DNA of 44,360 bases from Candidatus Harrisonbacteria bacterium CG10_big_fil_rev_8_21_14_0_10_44_23 (GTDB lineage Bacteria > Patescibacteriota > Minisyncoccia > UBA6257 > 1-14-0-10-44-23), in contig PFBB01000023.1 in the NCBI GenBank assembly GCA_002773475.1, forward strand, positions 1 to 44,360, written 5' to 3'. Below are positions 1-7,538 of the stretch, in pieces. The notes beneath the pieces were generated by a model. It was not told where the DNA came from. It worked only from the letters and a program-made list of their open reading frames with translations, and made no database searches. Position 1 is the first letter of the stretch; each line of letters opens with the position of its first letter. Both the position numbers and the translations under genes were made by a program.

Positions 1-94
1 ACTTCAGCTATCGGGAATAATTCTTTACTAAGAATTTCCCCTGGCACTCGGGCCGTCGCCCTGCGTGATCTAGCTGAAGTGGATTTATTAAATT

Positions 95-138
95 CTTAAA
101 AAATTAAATCCCCTCGGCGAGCTGTGCTCGCGAGGGGA
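95..138 (-). terminator. hairpin plus T-run terminator of the 155-346 ORF
   Basis: CCCCTCGGCGAGC (110-122) pairs with GCTCGCGAGGGG (126-137) with one bulged G. On the minus strand it is followed by TTTAATTTTTTAAG. Confidence 0.5.
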
Positions 139-154
139 GAGTGGATGAGCGCCG

Positions 155-346
155 CTAGGCCGACGCTTTGCTCTGTTCCGGTTGAACCGAGATGCTTGTG
201 ATACCGAACTTCTCCGGATGGGAGAAGACGAGATCTCCGAGGGCGGCATCCTTCGTGGGGCCGGCTCCCCAGACCCTGCCCAGGTTCTCAATGCGCGCGT
301 ACCAGGTTCTGCTAGCCTCTCTTAGCTCGACCTTAGACTTCTTCAT
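155..346 (-). CDS. small hypothetical protein (63 aa) in a G+C-rich islet, with weak HicB/UPF0150-like motif resemblance
   Basis: ORF track. AAGGAG (revcomp of 351-356) lies 4 nt before the ATG and the ORF has its own terminator. The motif WYARIENLGRVWGAGPTKDAALGDL only loosely recalls HicB-type antitoxins. Confidence 0.5.
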   Translation of the reverse strand: MKKSKVELREASRTWYARIENLGRVWGAGPTKDAALGDLVFSHPEKFGITSISVQPEQSKASA

Positions 347-407
347 GCGACTCCTTTCAGGGACTATTTGTACACCTCTGACTAAGATATGTCAATTGGA
401 CGAAAGC

Positions 408-451
408 AATTAATTATATAATAAATTATATAATTTATTATATAATTAATT
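408..451. repeat. perfect 44-bp palindrome made of three ATTATATAAT units at 12-bp spacing
   Basis: Units lie at 413-422, 425-434 and 437-446. The reverse complement of 408-451 equals itself (checked base by base). Confidence 0.9.
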
Positions 452-503
452 TTGGTTAAGGTATTGAAGAAAGGGGGGATTTTTGGTATTTTTGGTGAGC
501 AAT

Positions 504-575
504 GGCCCTATCGTCTAATGGCTAGGACGCATCCCTCTCACGGATGAAATCGGGGTTCGACTCCCCGTAGGGTCA
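504..575 (+). tRNA. tRNA-Glu (anticodon CTC)
   Basis: Cloverleaf folded by hand: acceptor GGCCCTA/TAGGGTC, anticodon stem CATCC/GGATG with loop CTCTCAC, T-arm CGGGG-TTCGACT-CCCCG. It is 72 nt with no encoded CCA. Confidence 0.9.
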
Positions 576-582
576 CATTTTT

Positions 583-611
583 TTGACTAAAGCATGATGG
601 CGTTGTATTGT
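583..611 (+). promoter_or_regulatory. sigma-70-like promoter (TTGACT, 17-nt spacer, TATTGT)
   Basis: -35 at 583-588 and -10 at 606-611, with an exactly 17-nt spacer, just upstream of the 634 mini-ORF. Confidence 0.5.
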
Positions 612-633
612 AGTACACAGAAGGGAGGCTACA

Positions 634-780
634 GTGAATAAGGTGAAAGAAACGAAGGATATGTATTGCTCCATGTGTGGGCAAAGAACAACACACATGA
701 GATTCTTCAAGGCGCTAGTTGGAGGCATTCAAAATAGCCTCTGGTGGGTTTGCAACCAGCGTGAGAAGTACGCTCGATGA
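634..780 (+). CDS. 48-aa Cys-containing micro-protein (VNKVKETKDMYCSMCGQRTTHMRFFKALVGGIQNSLWWVCNQREKYAR)
   Basis: GTG start 5 nt after AGGGAGG (622-628). It contains CxxC plus a later Cys and has its own promoter and downstream hairpin. It is below the ORF-track length cut-off and was translated by hand. Confidence 0.4.
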   Translation: MNKVKETKDMYCSMCGQRTTHMRFFKALVGGIQNSLWWVCNQREKYAR

Positions 781-815
781 CAAGGGCAAACCCTTGCTTC
801 GCTACACAGCAACCG

Positions 816-860
816 CACTGACCGCCATTTCCCTTTCGGGAGATGGCGGTCAGTGAATTT
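816..860 (+). terminator. 13-bp perfect hairpin after the micro-ORF
   Basis: CACTGACCGCCAT (816-828) pairs with ATGGCGGTCAGTG (843-855). Only a weak T-run (AATTTC) follows. Confidence 0.45.
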
Positions 861-944
861 CTATAGTGCCAATGACACATGGGGTAACCAATATCTACAA
901 CTTTTTAATTAGACAGATGCTGAGGCGTCTTCTATAGTAAGGAT

Positions 945-1532
945 ATGAAAATACTTCTTCCAATTTTGGCTATCTTGGTGATTGGCGGTGGGGTCTATGC
1001 CATAACCAATCTCAATAGTCAGCAACACCTCCAGCCCGACCCAGAGGGTGGTTTAAATGTGATTATCAACAATGGTGAGGTTGGCGACAATACCTCTGGT
1101 GGGTTAGAGGACTGTATTTGCACAATGCAATATGCGCCTGTTTGTGGCTCAGATGGAAAAACCTATGGAAATAGTTGTCAGGCGAATTGCGCAAACGTTG
1201 AGATAGTTAGCGAGGGGGAGTGCGAGTCTAGCGGAAACACTCAAGGAGGCACGGATATTGATGTAAATCGAAAAGGAGGAATCGGAAGTATCAGCGGGCA
1301 TGTAACTGGCTACACTGGGTTGGTTAGGGTAAGCGTGGTTGTGCCTCCAGGGGCAAACGAGCCATCAAGGATGTATGATGTTTATACCAACGCTAGCGGA
1401 TACTTTAGCTTTGAAGGCGGATCGGGGACGTATAAGGTGAAAGCTGATCCGGAGCATTTTGATGCCTGTCCAGTTAAGGAGGTGGTGATTGAGGCAGATA
1501 AAGTGGCGAATATAGAAATTTATTGCAACTAG
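945..1532 (+). CDS. secreted/membrane-anchored protein with a Kazal-type protease-inhibitor domain and a CarboxypepD_reg-like beta-sandwich region
   Basis: N-terminal hydrophobic helix. [37 protein letters not shown] matches the Kazal signature (PVCGSDGxTYxNxC). The C-terminal part ISGHVTG...[11 protein letters not shown] is typical of carboxypeptidase-regulatory-like domains. Confidence 0.7.
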   Translation: MKILLPILAILVIGGGVYAITNLNSQQHLQPDPEGGLNVIINNGEVGDNTSGGLEDCICTMQYAPVCGSDGKTYGNSCQANCANVEIVSEGECESSGNTQGGTDIDVNRKGGIGSISGHVTGYTGLVRVSVVVPPGANEPSRMYDVYTNASGYFSFEGGSGTYKVKADPEHFDACPVKEVVIEADKVANIEIYCN

Positions 1533-1591
1533 AAGGGCGCAAACAACCTCGACCATTAACGTATTAGTATTTAGAGTGGTATTTTTTTATT

Positions 1592-2161
1592 GTGCATAAA
1601 GAAGAAAGCAACATACATGATCTTGAGTTGGTAAAGAGAGCGATAGCCGATCCAAATGAATTTGAGAAAGTGGTGGAGAAATATTGGGGTCCGTTGGCTA
1701 GATTTGTGCGCAGAATTTCTTCATCTAGCAACGCCGACATTGAAGATGTCCTTCAGGATAGCTTTGTGAAGGCTTACCTAAACCTCAACAGTTTTGATGA
1801 AAGCTATAAATTGTCTACTTGGCTGTATCAAATTGTTCGAAACAGCACGATAGATGCTTTTAGAAAAAACAAAAGTCATTTTGCGATCTCCCAAATTGAG
1901 GATAAGGAAATCGAAGAATTGTTTGCTTCCTCGTTAGACATGGAGAAGGATAGTGATTTAAAGCGAGACGTGACCAAGTTAAGAGTCCTAATTGCTCAAC
2001 TCTCTACCAAATATCAGGAAGTAATGGTTTTGAAGTTTTTGGAGCATAAGAGCTATGATGAAATTATGGACATTGTAAAAAAACCTAAAGGAACGGTGGC
2101 GGCTTTGATCAATCGTGGTCGAAAGATTTTAAAGAACAGATTCGAGGAAGAAAATATATAA
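1592..2161 (+). CDS. ECF-type sigma-70 family RNA polymerase sigma factor
   Basis: Region 2 (LQDSFVKAYLNLNSFDESYKLSTWLYQIVRNSTIDAFRK) and region 4 HTH (YQEVMVLKFLEHKSYDEIMDIVKKPKGTVAALINRGRKIL). GTG start. Confidence 0.85.
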   Translation: MHKEESNIHDLELVKRAIADPNEFEKVVEKYWGPLARFVRRISSSSNADIEDVLQDSFVKAYLNLNSFDESYKLSTWLYQIVRNSTIDAFRKNKSHFAISQIEDKEIEELFASSLDMEKDSDLKRDVTKLRVLIAQLSTKYQEVMVLKFLEHKSYDEIMDIVKKPKGTVAALINRGRKILKNRFEEENI

Positions 2162-2165
2162 TAAT

Positions 2166-2897
2166 ATGGATCAAGCGAAAAAAGTTTTAGAAAAAATTAA
2201 AAATTTGCACCTGCGACCACAATCGAAGTTGGTGGTTAGATTTAAGCAAGTCGGGTTTTGGGTATTGGGAGGAATTTTAATCTTGTTAGGGGCACTCTTC
2301 TTTTCTATTGCAATGCTGGCGATATTTGATGTTGATCCAAGGGTCTTAACCTCTTGGAACCTAGCCAAGCTGCTACGATTTATGCTTTTGAGCGCGCCCT
2401 ACTTCTGGCTGTTTCTCTTGCTGGTGGTTGGTGCATTTGGGTTTTTGGCGATTCGAAAGACTAAGGGTGGCTACCGCTACCGAGCTTGGGCAATCGTAAC
2501 CGTAGTGGTTCTTTTAATGGCGATCTTTGGGACGGTGGCCCATGCGTTTAAAATCAATTTGGATAGTTTAGAGATTTGGGAGAGGCAAGCACCACCCTTT
2601 TTACAACGATTTGCTCCACCTAGAATGCAAATGTTACATCACCCAGAAGAGGGAGCTTTACCGGGGAGAATATTGGAATTTGACGAAGATGGGTTTGAGC
2701 TGGAATCTGTCGGCGGAAAGATTTGGAAAATAGAGGCGAAGGATAGCTTGACTGAAGGACTGGAAGAAGAGGACGCGGTCATTTTGTTTGGAGACCGACT
2801 CGGAGAGGACGGTTTTGAAGCTGAATTTATTTCTAGGCGACCGTTTGGCCCAAGGGGCGGTGCAAACTTTCACAACGAGGAGCGTAGTAATGATTAA
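2166..2897 (+). CDS. multi-pass membrane protein, positionally a candidate anti-sigma factor
   Basis: It starts 4 nt after the ECF sigma gene and has several hydrophobic helices followed by an acidic C-terminal domain. No motif was recognised. Confidence 0.45.
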   Translation: MDQAKKVLEKIKNLHLRPQSKLVVRFKQVGFWVLGGILILLGALFFSIAMLAIFDVDPRVLTSWNLAKLLRFMLLSAPYFWLFLLLVVGAFGFLAIRKTKGGYRYRAWAIVTVVVLLMAIFGTVAHAFKINLDSLEIWERQAPPFLQRFAPPRMQMLHHPEEGALPGRILEFDEDGFELESVGGKIWKIEAKDSLTEGLEEEDAVILFGDRLGEDGFEAEFISRRPFGPRGGANFHNEERSND

Positions 2898-2951
2898 GGA
2901 CGGATTGAGAAGCTAGCACTCAAAGTCCGAAAAAATAATTAATATTTCACT

Positions 2952-3458
2952 ATGAAAAATAAAGTTTTAGTTATAGGTTTAACCTCCGCTCTCGCATTAG
3001 CTTCCGTGGCTGGCGCCGCTCAAGCTTTTGGAGGACCAGAAGGTTTAAGAGATGAAAGGCCACAAGAGGTAATTCGCTCATTAGCGGATAGATTTGATCT
3101 GGATGAGTCTCAATTGCAAGATTTCTTTGAGCTAATGCGGGAAAAACACCAGGCTCAGATGGAAGAGCGCCAACAGGAACGTTTAGACCAAGCGGTTGAC
3201 GGCGGTTTGATAACCGAAGAGCAGAGGCAATTGCTTGAGGACAGACACGAGGCACAAAAGGTGCAGATGGACGAAATTATGCAGATAGAAGACCCAGAAG
3301 AGCGTCGCGCGGCGATAGAAGCACATCACGACGATATGCGGGCTTGGATGGAAGAAAATGAAATTGATCTAGGCTTGGGAGAGGGACGATTTGGCATGGG
3401 TGCTTCGATGGGTGGGGGAATGCATCGCGCAGAGGGACGAAGAGGATTTGGGCAATAA
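2952..3458 (+). CDS. secreted helical protein with LTXXQ-like motifs (CpxP/Spy-like?) and a Gly/Met-rich tail
   Basis: Signal peptide ending in AQA. LDESQ and ITEEQ motifs lie in Glu/Gln/Arg-rich helices. The tail is GMGASMGGGMH. Confidence 0.5.
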   Translation: MKNKVLVIGLTSALALASVAGAAQAFGGPEGLRDERPQEVIRSLADRFDLDESQLQDFFELMREKHQAQMEERQQERLDQAVDGGLITEEQRQLLEDRHEAQKVQMDEIMQIEDPEERRAAIEAHHDDMRAWMEENEIDLGLGEGRFGMGASMGGGMHRAEGRRGFGQ

Positions 3459-3482
3459 TGAATTAGTTTAGGGTAAAACCTG

Positions 3483-3518
3483 AGACGGGGCGGCTTTAGC
3501 CGCCCCGTCTTGCATTTT
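3483..3518 (+). terminator. rho-independent terminator
   Basis: AGACGGGGCGGC-TTTA-GCCGCCCCGTCT (12-bp perfect stem) followed by TGCATTTT. Confidence 0.8.
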
Positions 3519-3571
3519 ATCTGCGGAGTTGTTATTATTGGGTTCATTCAATTTATTCGAATTATAGAAAT

Positions 3572-3883
3572 ATGGCATTTGCAATTATAGAGACCGGCGG
3601 GAAGCAATATCGAGTTTCTCCTGGCGACAAAATCAAAGTTGAGAAGTTAGACGCCGAAGAAGGAAAGGGCGTGGTTTTTGACAAAGTATTACTGGCGGTT
3701 GACGGTGATAATGTTGAAATTGGCACCCCGATGGTGAGTGGAGTAAAAGTTGAGGGCAAGGTATTAGAGCAAGGAAGAGGGGAGAAAAAGATAGTTTTTA
3801 AATATAAGGCAAAAACTAGACAGCGTACTAAACGAGGGCACAGACAACCCTACACTCAAGTAGAAATAACCGCTATTAAATAG
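3572..3883 (+). CDS. rplU: 50S ribosomal protein L21
   Basis: MAFAIIETGGKQYRVSPGDKIKVEKL... is a typical L21 N-terminus. 103 aa. Confidence 0.9.
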   Translation: MAFAIIETGGKQYRVSPGDKIKVEKLDAEEGKGVVFDKVLLAVDGDNVEIGTPMVSGVKVEGKVLEQGRGEKKIVFKYKAKTRQRTKRGHRQPYTQVEITAIK

Positions 3884-3917
3884 CGGTTATTTCTACTTGG
3901 TGAATTAAGAATTAAGA

Positions 3918-3941
3918 ATCGGAGCTTAGCTCCGATTTTTT
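3918..3941. terminator. bidirectional hairpin between convergent rplU and recR
   Basis: ATCGGAGCT/AGCTCCGAT palindrome followed by TTTTTT on the plus strand. The recR stop codon lies in the loop. Confidence 0.55.
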
Positions 3942-4525
3942 AGTGAATTCTTTAACGTTTCATCGTCGCTAAACTCGATGTCGGCTCCGGTGGGTAGGCC
4001 GCGGCCGAGGCGAGTTATTTTTTTTGCCTTGCCCCTGAGTCTTTGCTCTAGCTTGTCGGCGCTAATTTGGGTGTGGTTGGTTGGGCTAAGAGCAATAATT
4101 ATCTCTTCGGCTTGAGAGTTGGGCAAAGAAGTTAATTGGGTAATTAATTGCCCAATTCTTTTTTCTTGTTCGGGGGTGAGTTCACCGTCTTTTTTAAGAT
4201 CACCCAATACTAAATATCTTCCTGAATAAGCCTGGCTTTGTTCGATGGAGAGAAGATCGGTGATTTTTTCGACAATCGCGATTAAATCAGTTGTGCGTTT
4301 TGGATCAGAGCAAATCCGGCAACGGCTAGATTGATTGGCGTGAGGGAGAAAGCAATCAGAGCAATTTTTTAGATTGCTGATTTCCTGAAGTGAGCCAGCG
4401 AGGTCGTCGATAAAGCTAGATTCTTTTTGGCTGATATAGATAGCAATGCGAATTGCTTGCCGTGGCCCAATACCGGGAAGGTTGGAGAGGCGGGCGGCTA
4501 ATTGTTTGATTGATTCGGGTAACAT
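3926..4525 (-). CDS. recR: recombination protein RecR
   Basis: LSNLPGIGPRQAIRIA helix-hairpin-helix, a C4 zinc finger (CSDC...CRIC) and a Toprim-like C-terminal part. Confidence 0.9.
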   Translation of the reverse strand: MLPESIKQLAARLSNLPGIGPRQAIRIAIYISQKESSFIDDLAGSLQEISNLKNCSDCFLPHANQSSRCRICSDPKRTTDLIAIVEKITDLLSIEQSQAYSGRYLVLGDLKKDGELTPEQEKRIGQLITQLTSLPNSQAEEIIIALSPTNHTQISADKLEQRLRGKAKKITRLGRGLPTGADIEFSDDETLKNSLKNRS

Positions 4526-4647
4526 AGTGAAGATGAATTAAGAATTATGAATCAGGAATAATGAATATTTTGCGAACGAAGAATATAAACTGTGACTTGA
4601 AGCATGCTTCATAATTCTTACTTCGTAATTCCGCTTGTAGCCACAGG

Positions 4648-5991
4648 CTACAAGCTAGGCATTTCGTGATGGGTGTCGATGTTTTTGAAACTGACCGTCT
4701 CTTTGTCCCACTTTAATTTTATTGTACCAAGTGGACCGTTACGGTGTTTGGCGACAATGATTTCGGCGGTGTTTTCTTCTTCCGGATCAATGCTAGCTTT
4801 GTCACGATCTTTTCGATAAATAAACATAACAACGTCAGCATCCTGCTCCAAAGAACCAGAGTCGCGTAAGTCGGATAGCCGAGGAATTTTTACCTCCCGT
4901 TGATCGGAGGATCGGGAGAGCTGGGAAAGGGCAATAATGGGGGTGTTTAGTTCACGAGCGATGGCTTTAAGGCCTCGAGATATTTCGGTAACTTGTTGGA
5001 CAACGTTGTCAGAATTGGTGCGAGGCTGGATAAGTTGAAGATAGTCGATAGCGATAAGGCCTAGACCGTGCTCGGCTTGCAAACGACGAGCCATAGAGCG
5101 CATCTGGAGGATATTAGGACTAGGAGTGTCATCGATGAAGATGGGGGCCTTAGAGAGCGTATCTAGGGCGTTTTGGATGAGGTGAAAGTCTTGGTCATCT
5201 CTTAGCCGACCAGTTCGCAGTTTCCATAGAGGGACGCCAGCTTCGGCGGCAATGAGACGATCAACAACTTGCTCACGACTCATTTCGATTGAAAAAAAGC
5301 CAACCGGCACATTTTGATGAACAGCGGCGTAACGAAGCATATCTAAAACTAAAGAAGTTTTTCCAAGAGATGGGCGAGCACCAACAAGGATTAGGTCAGA
5401 CTTTTGAAATCCGGAGAGGAGGTTGTCGATTCCATTGAAACCACTGGGAACACCACGAGTTTGGCCATCGCCACTGTGAATCTTTTCGATTCTTTCATAG
5501 GCAGTTTTTAGTTCATCTTTCAGGCTGGTGAAATGTTGTGAAACAGATTTTTGAGAAATTGAAAAGATCTTTTGCTCGATGTTGTCGAGAACTTGGTCTA
5601 TGTCGTCAGTGGCATCAAAAGCATTTTCGCTTATCTCGGCGGAGGTCTGAATGAGGTCTCGAAGGATTTTCTTTTCTTTAACAATCTTGGCGTAGTGCTC
5701 AACATTGGTTGCCGAGGGGACGGAATCGATGAGCTTGGTTAAATAACTTGATCCACCAATAGATTTGAGCTTGTCGGATTCCTTTAGCTCAGTAGTGAGA
5801 GTAAGGATGTCGATTGGTTGGCTCTTTTCATAAAGTTTTAATATGGCGCGAAATATCTCGGCGTTGGCGGGTTTATAAAAGTCTTCTCGACTCAAAACAT
5901 CCGCAACGCGAGTGATGGCGTTTTTGTCGATCATTAAAGCTCCAAGTACTGACTCTTCGGCTTCGATGTTTTGAGGAGGGAGTTTAGTCAC
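4648..5991 (-). CDS. dnaB: replicative DNA helicase DnaB
   Basis: PPQNIEAEESVLGALM N-terminus, Walker A GARPSLGKTS and IAIDYLQL. GTG start. Confidence 0.95.
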   Translation of the reverse strand: MTKLPPQNIEAEESVLGALMIDKNAITRVADVLSREDFYKPANAEIFRAILKLYEKSQPIDILTLTTELKESDKLKSIGGSSYLTKLIDSVPSATNVEHYAKIVKEKKILRDLIQTSAEISENAFDATDDIDQVLDNIEQKIFSISQKSVSQHFTSLKDELKTAYERIEKIHSGDGQTRGVPSGFNGIDNLLSGFQKSDLILVGARPSLGKTSLVLDMLRYAAVHQNVPVGFFSIEMSREQVVDRLIAAEAGVPLWKLRTGRLRDDQDFHLIQNALDTLSKAPIFIDDTPSPNILQMRSMARRLQAEHGLGLIAIDYLQLIQPRTNSDNVVQQVTEISRGLKAIARELNTPIIALSQLSRSSDQREVKIPRLSDLRDSGSLEQDADVVMFIYRKDRDKASIDPEEENTAEIIVAKHRNGPLGTIKLKWDKETVSFKNIDTHHEMPSL

Positions 5992-6060
5992 GGGAAAATT
6001 AAATTCTAAATTCTAAATATTTTTTTAAAACTACAATGTTCGAAGATTGCGATTCGGGAT

Positions 6061-6092
6061 TAATTTTAAAAGCGGGCAAGCCATAGCCCGCT
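6061..6092 (-). terminator. terminator of cysS
   Basis: AGCGGGC/GCCCGCT hairpin (6071-6092) followed on the minus strand by TTTAAAATTA. Confidence 0.55.
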
Positions 6093-6120
6093 AATTAATG
6101 CCGAGGGTGACTTGATGGAG

Positions 6121-7524
6121 CTAAAGATTCTCTTGTTTGGGTAGAAGGAGCGATCCTTTTGGCGTGTCTTCTATCAAGTATCCTAACGATTCTATTTTTT
6201 TTCGCAATGTGTCGGCCTGATCAAACTGTTTAGAATCTCTGGATAACTCTCTTTCCTCAAAGAGTTTCTGCACGGATTCGGGGATTTCGGGGAGTAGTTG
6301 GACGATGCCGATAGAGCAGAATAGGTCGATAATGGTGTGGCGGATGGACATGGCGCTAACGTGGTTTAGCTGAGTCCAAACTTTGTTGACTTTATTCATC
6401 AACTCAAAGACAACCGCTAGGGCCTTGGGAGTATTAAAGTCATCTTGCATTGAGTGGTGGAAAGCTTCGATGTAGGGCCGGACATTAAAATCAACTCCTT
6501 TTTTTGAGGTGATGAGTTCGAGCTTTTTGACAAAACCGATTATGGTCAGCAAGTTTTTTTCATTTTCCTTTATTAGCGAGGGGGTGTAGTCAATAGGGGA
6601 ACGATAGTGATGAGAAAAAACTAAAAGGCGGAAAGTATTAGGAGAGTGTTTTTCTAGAAGCTGGGTAATGGTTAAAAAGTTTCCTTCGGATTTTGACATC
6701 TTTTTGCCGCTGAGCTTGAGAAACCCAACGTGCATCCAAATTTTAGCCAACGGATGTTTGCCACTAATAGACTCTTGCTGAGCAATTTCGGCTTCGTGGT
6801 GGGGAAACTTAAGATCTTGGGCACCACCATGGATGTAATAACGGGGGCCAAGGAAAGATTCGGTGATGGCGGTATCTTCGATGTGCCAACCGGGACGTCC
6901 TGCGCCAATGCTGGCGGCAAAGACTGGTTCACCCTCCTTTACTTCGGCGTCGCTCAGCGCCCTGGAGAACTTCCAGAGACAAAAATCGCCACGATTTCTT
7001 TTTTTGTCGCTCTCGTCGATACGGGAGACTCCATCTTCGGCTTGCTCCACTGTGCGCCTAGATAGTTTGCCGTAGTTAGGGAAGGTGGATATATCAAAAT
7101 ACCAACCGTCACCATCAATCTTGTAGGCCTTACCCTTCGAAATAAGTTTTCTTACTTGAACAACTATTTGGGGAATAAAATCGGTGGCTTTGGCATATTG
7201 ATTAACGGAGCAAACTCCGAGTTGATCCATGGTTTGGAGAAACTCGTCTTCGTATTTTTTAGCTAATTGCTCCGGAATGATACCGTTTTCGCGGGCGCGA
7301 TTGATTATCTTATCGTCTAGGTCGGTGATATTTTGCAAATAAAATATTTTGAATTTTCTAGAGCGAAGATAGCGGACCAAAATGTCGAAAGTGACGAAAG
7401 TGCGGGCGTTGCCAATGTGGGGAGTGTCGTAAACCGTTGGTCCACAAACGAACATCTTTATCGATTTAAAGAGGGGCTTTTTAAGCTCTTTCTTTTTTCC
7501 GCTAAGAGTATCGTAAATTTGCAT
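6121..7524 (-). CDS. cysS: cysteine--tRNA ligase
   Basis: HIGH motif (PHIGNARTF), KMSKS motif (KMSKSEGN) and the overall CysRS pattern. Confidence 0.95.
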   Translation of the reverse strand: MQIYDTLSGKKKELKKPLFKSIKMFVCGPTVYDTPHIGNARTFVTFDILVRYLRSRKFKIFYLQNITDLDDKIINRARENGIIPEQLAKKYEDEFLQTMDQLGVCSVNQYAKATDFIPQIVVQVRKLISKGKAYKIDGDGWYFDISTFPNYGKLSRRTVEQAEDGVSRIDESDKKRNRGDFCLWKFSRALSDAEVKEGEPVFAASIGAGRPGWHIEDTAITESFLGPRYYIHGGAQDLKFPHHEAEIAQQESISGKHPLAKIWMHVGFLKLSGKKMSKSEGNFLTITQLLEKHSPNTFRLLVFSHHYRSPIDYTPSLIKENEKNLLTIIGFVKKLELITSKKGVDFNVRPYIEAFHHSMQDDFNTPKALAVVFELMNKVNKVWTQLNHVSAMSIRHTIIDLFCSIGIVQLLPEIPESVQKLFEERELSRDSKQFDQADTLRKKIESLGYLIEDTPKGSLLLPKQENL

Positions 7525-7538
7525 ATGGGCGGTGACGG

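Noticed and set aside
1-80. 10-bp inverted repeat ACTTCAGCTA (1-10) / TAGCTGAAGT (71-80) enclosing a second imperfect hairpin
   Set aside because: It is cut by the window edge, so I cannot tell whether it belongs to an RNA gene, a terminator or an element end. It does not fold as a tRNA.
88-413. Alternative-frame ORFs 88-291 (minus strand) and 192-413 (plus strand) in the first islet
   Set aside because: High G+C generates open frames. Only 155-346 has an SD at the correct distance and a terminator, and the others overlap it.
3572-3941. rplU not followed by rpmA (L27), considered as a possible operon disruption
   Set aside because: rplU has its own hairpin terminators and the gene order simply differs here. 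There is no sign of a remnant or an insertion.
6672-7075. ORFs on both strands inside cysS
   Set aside because: They are nested in the conserved CysRS frame.
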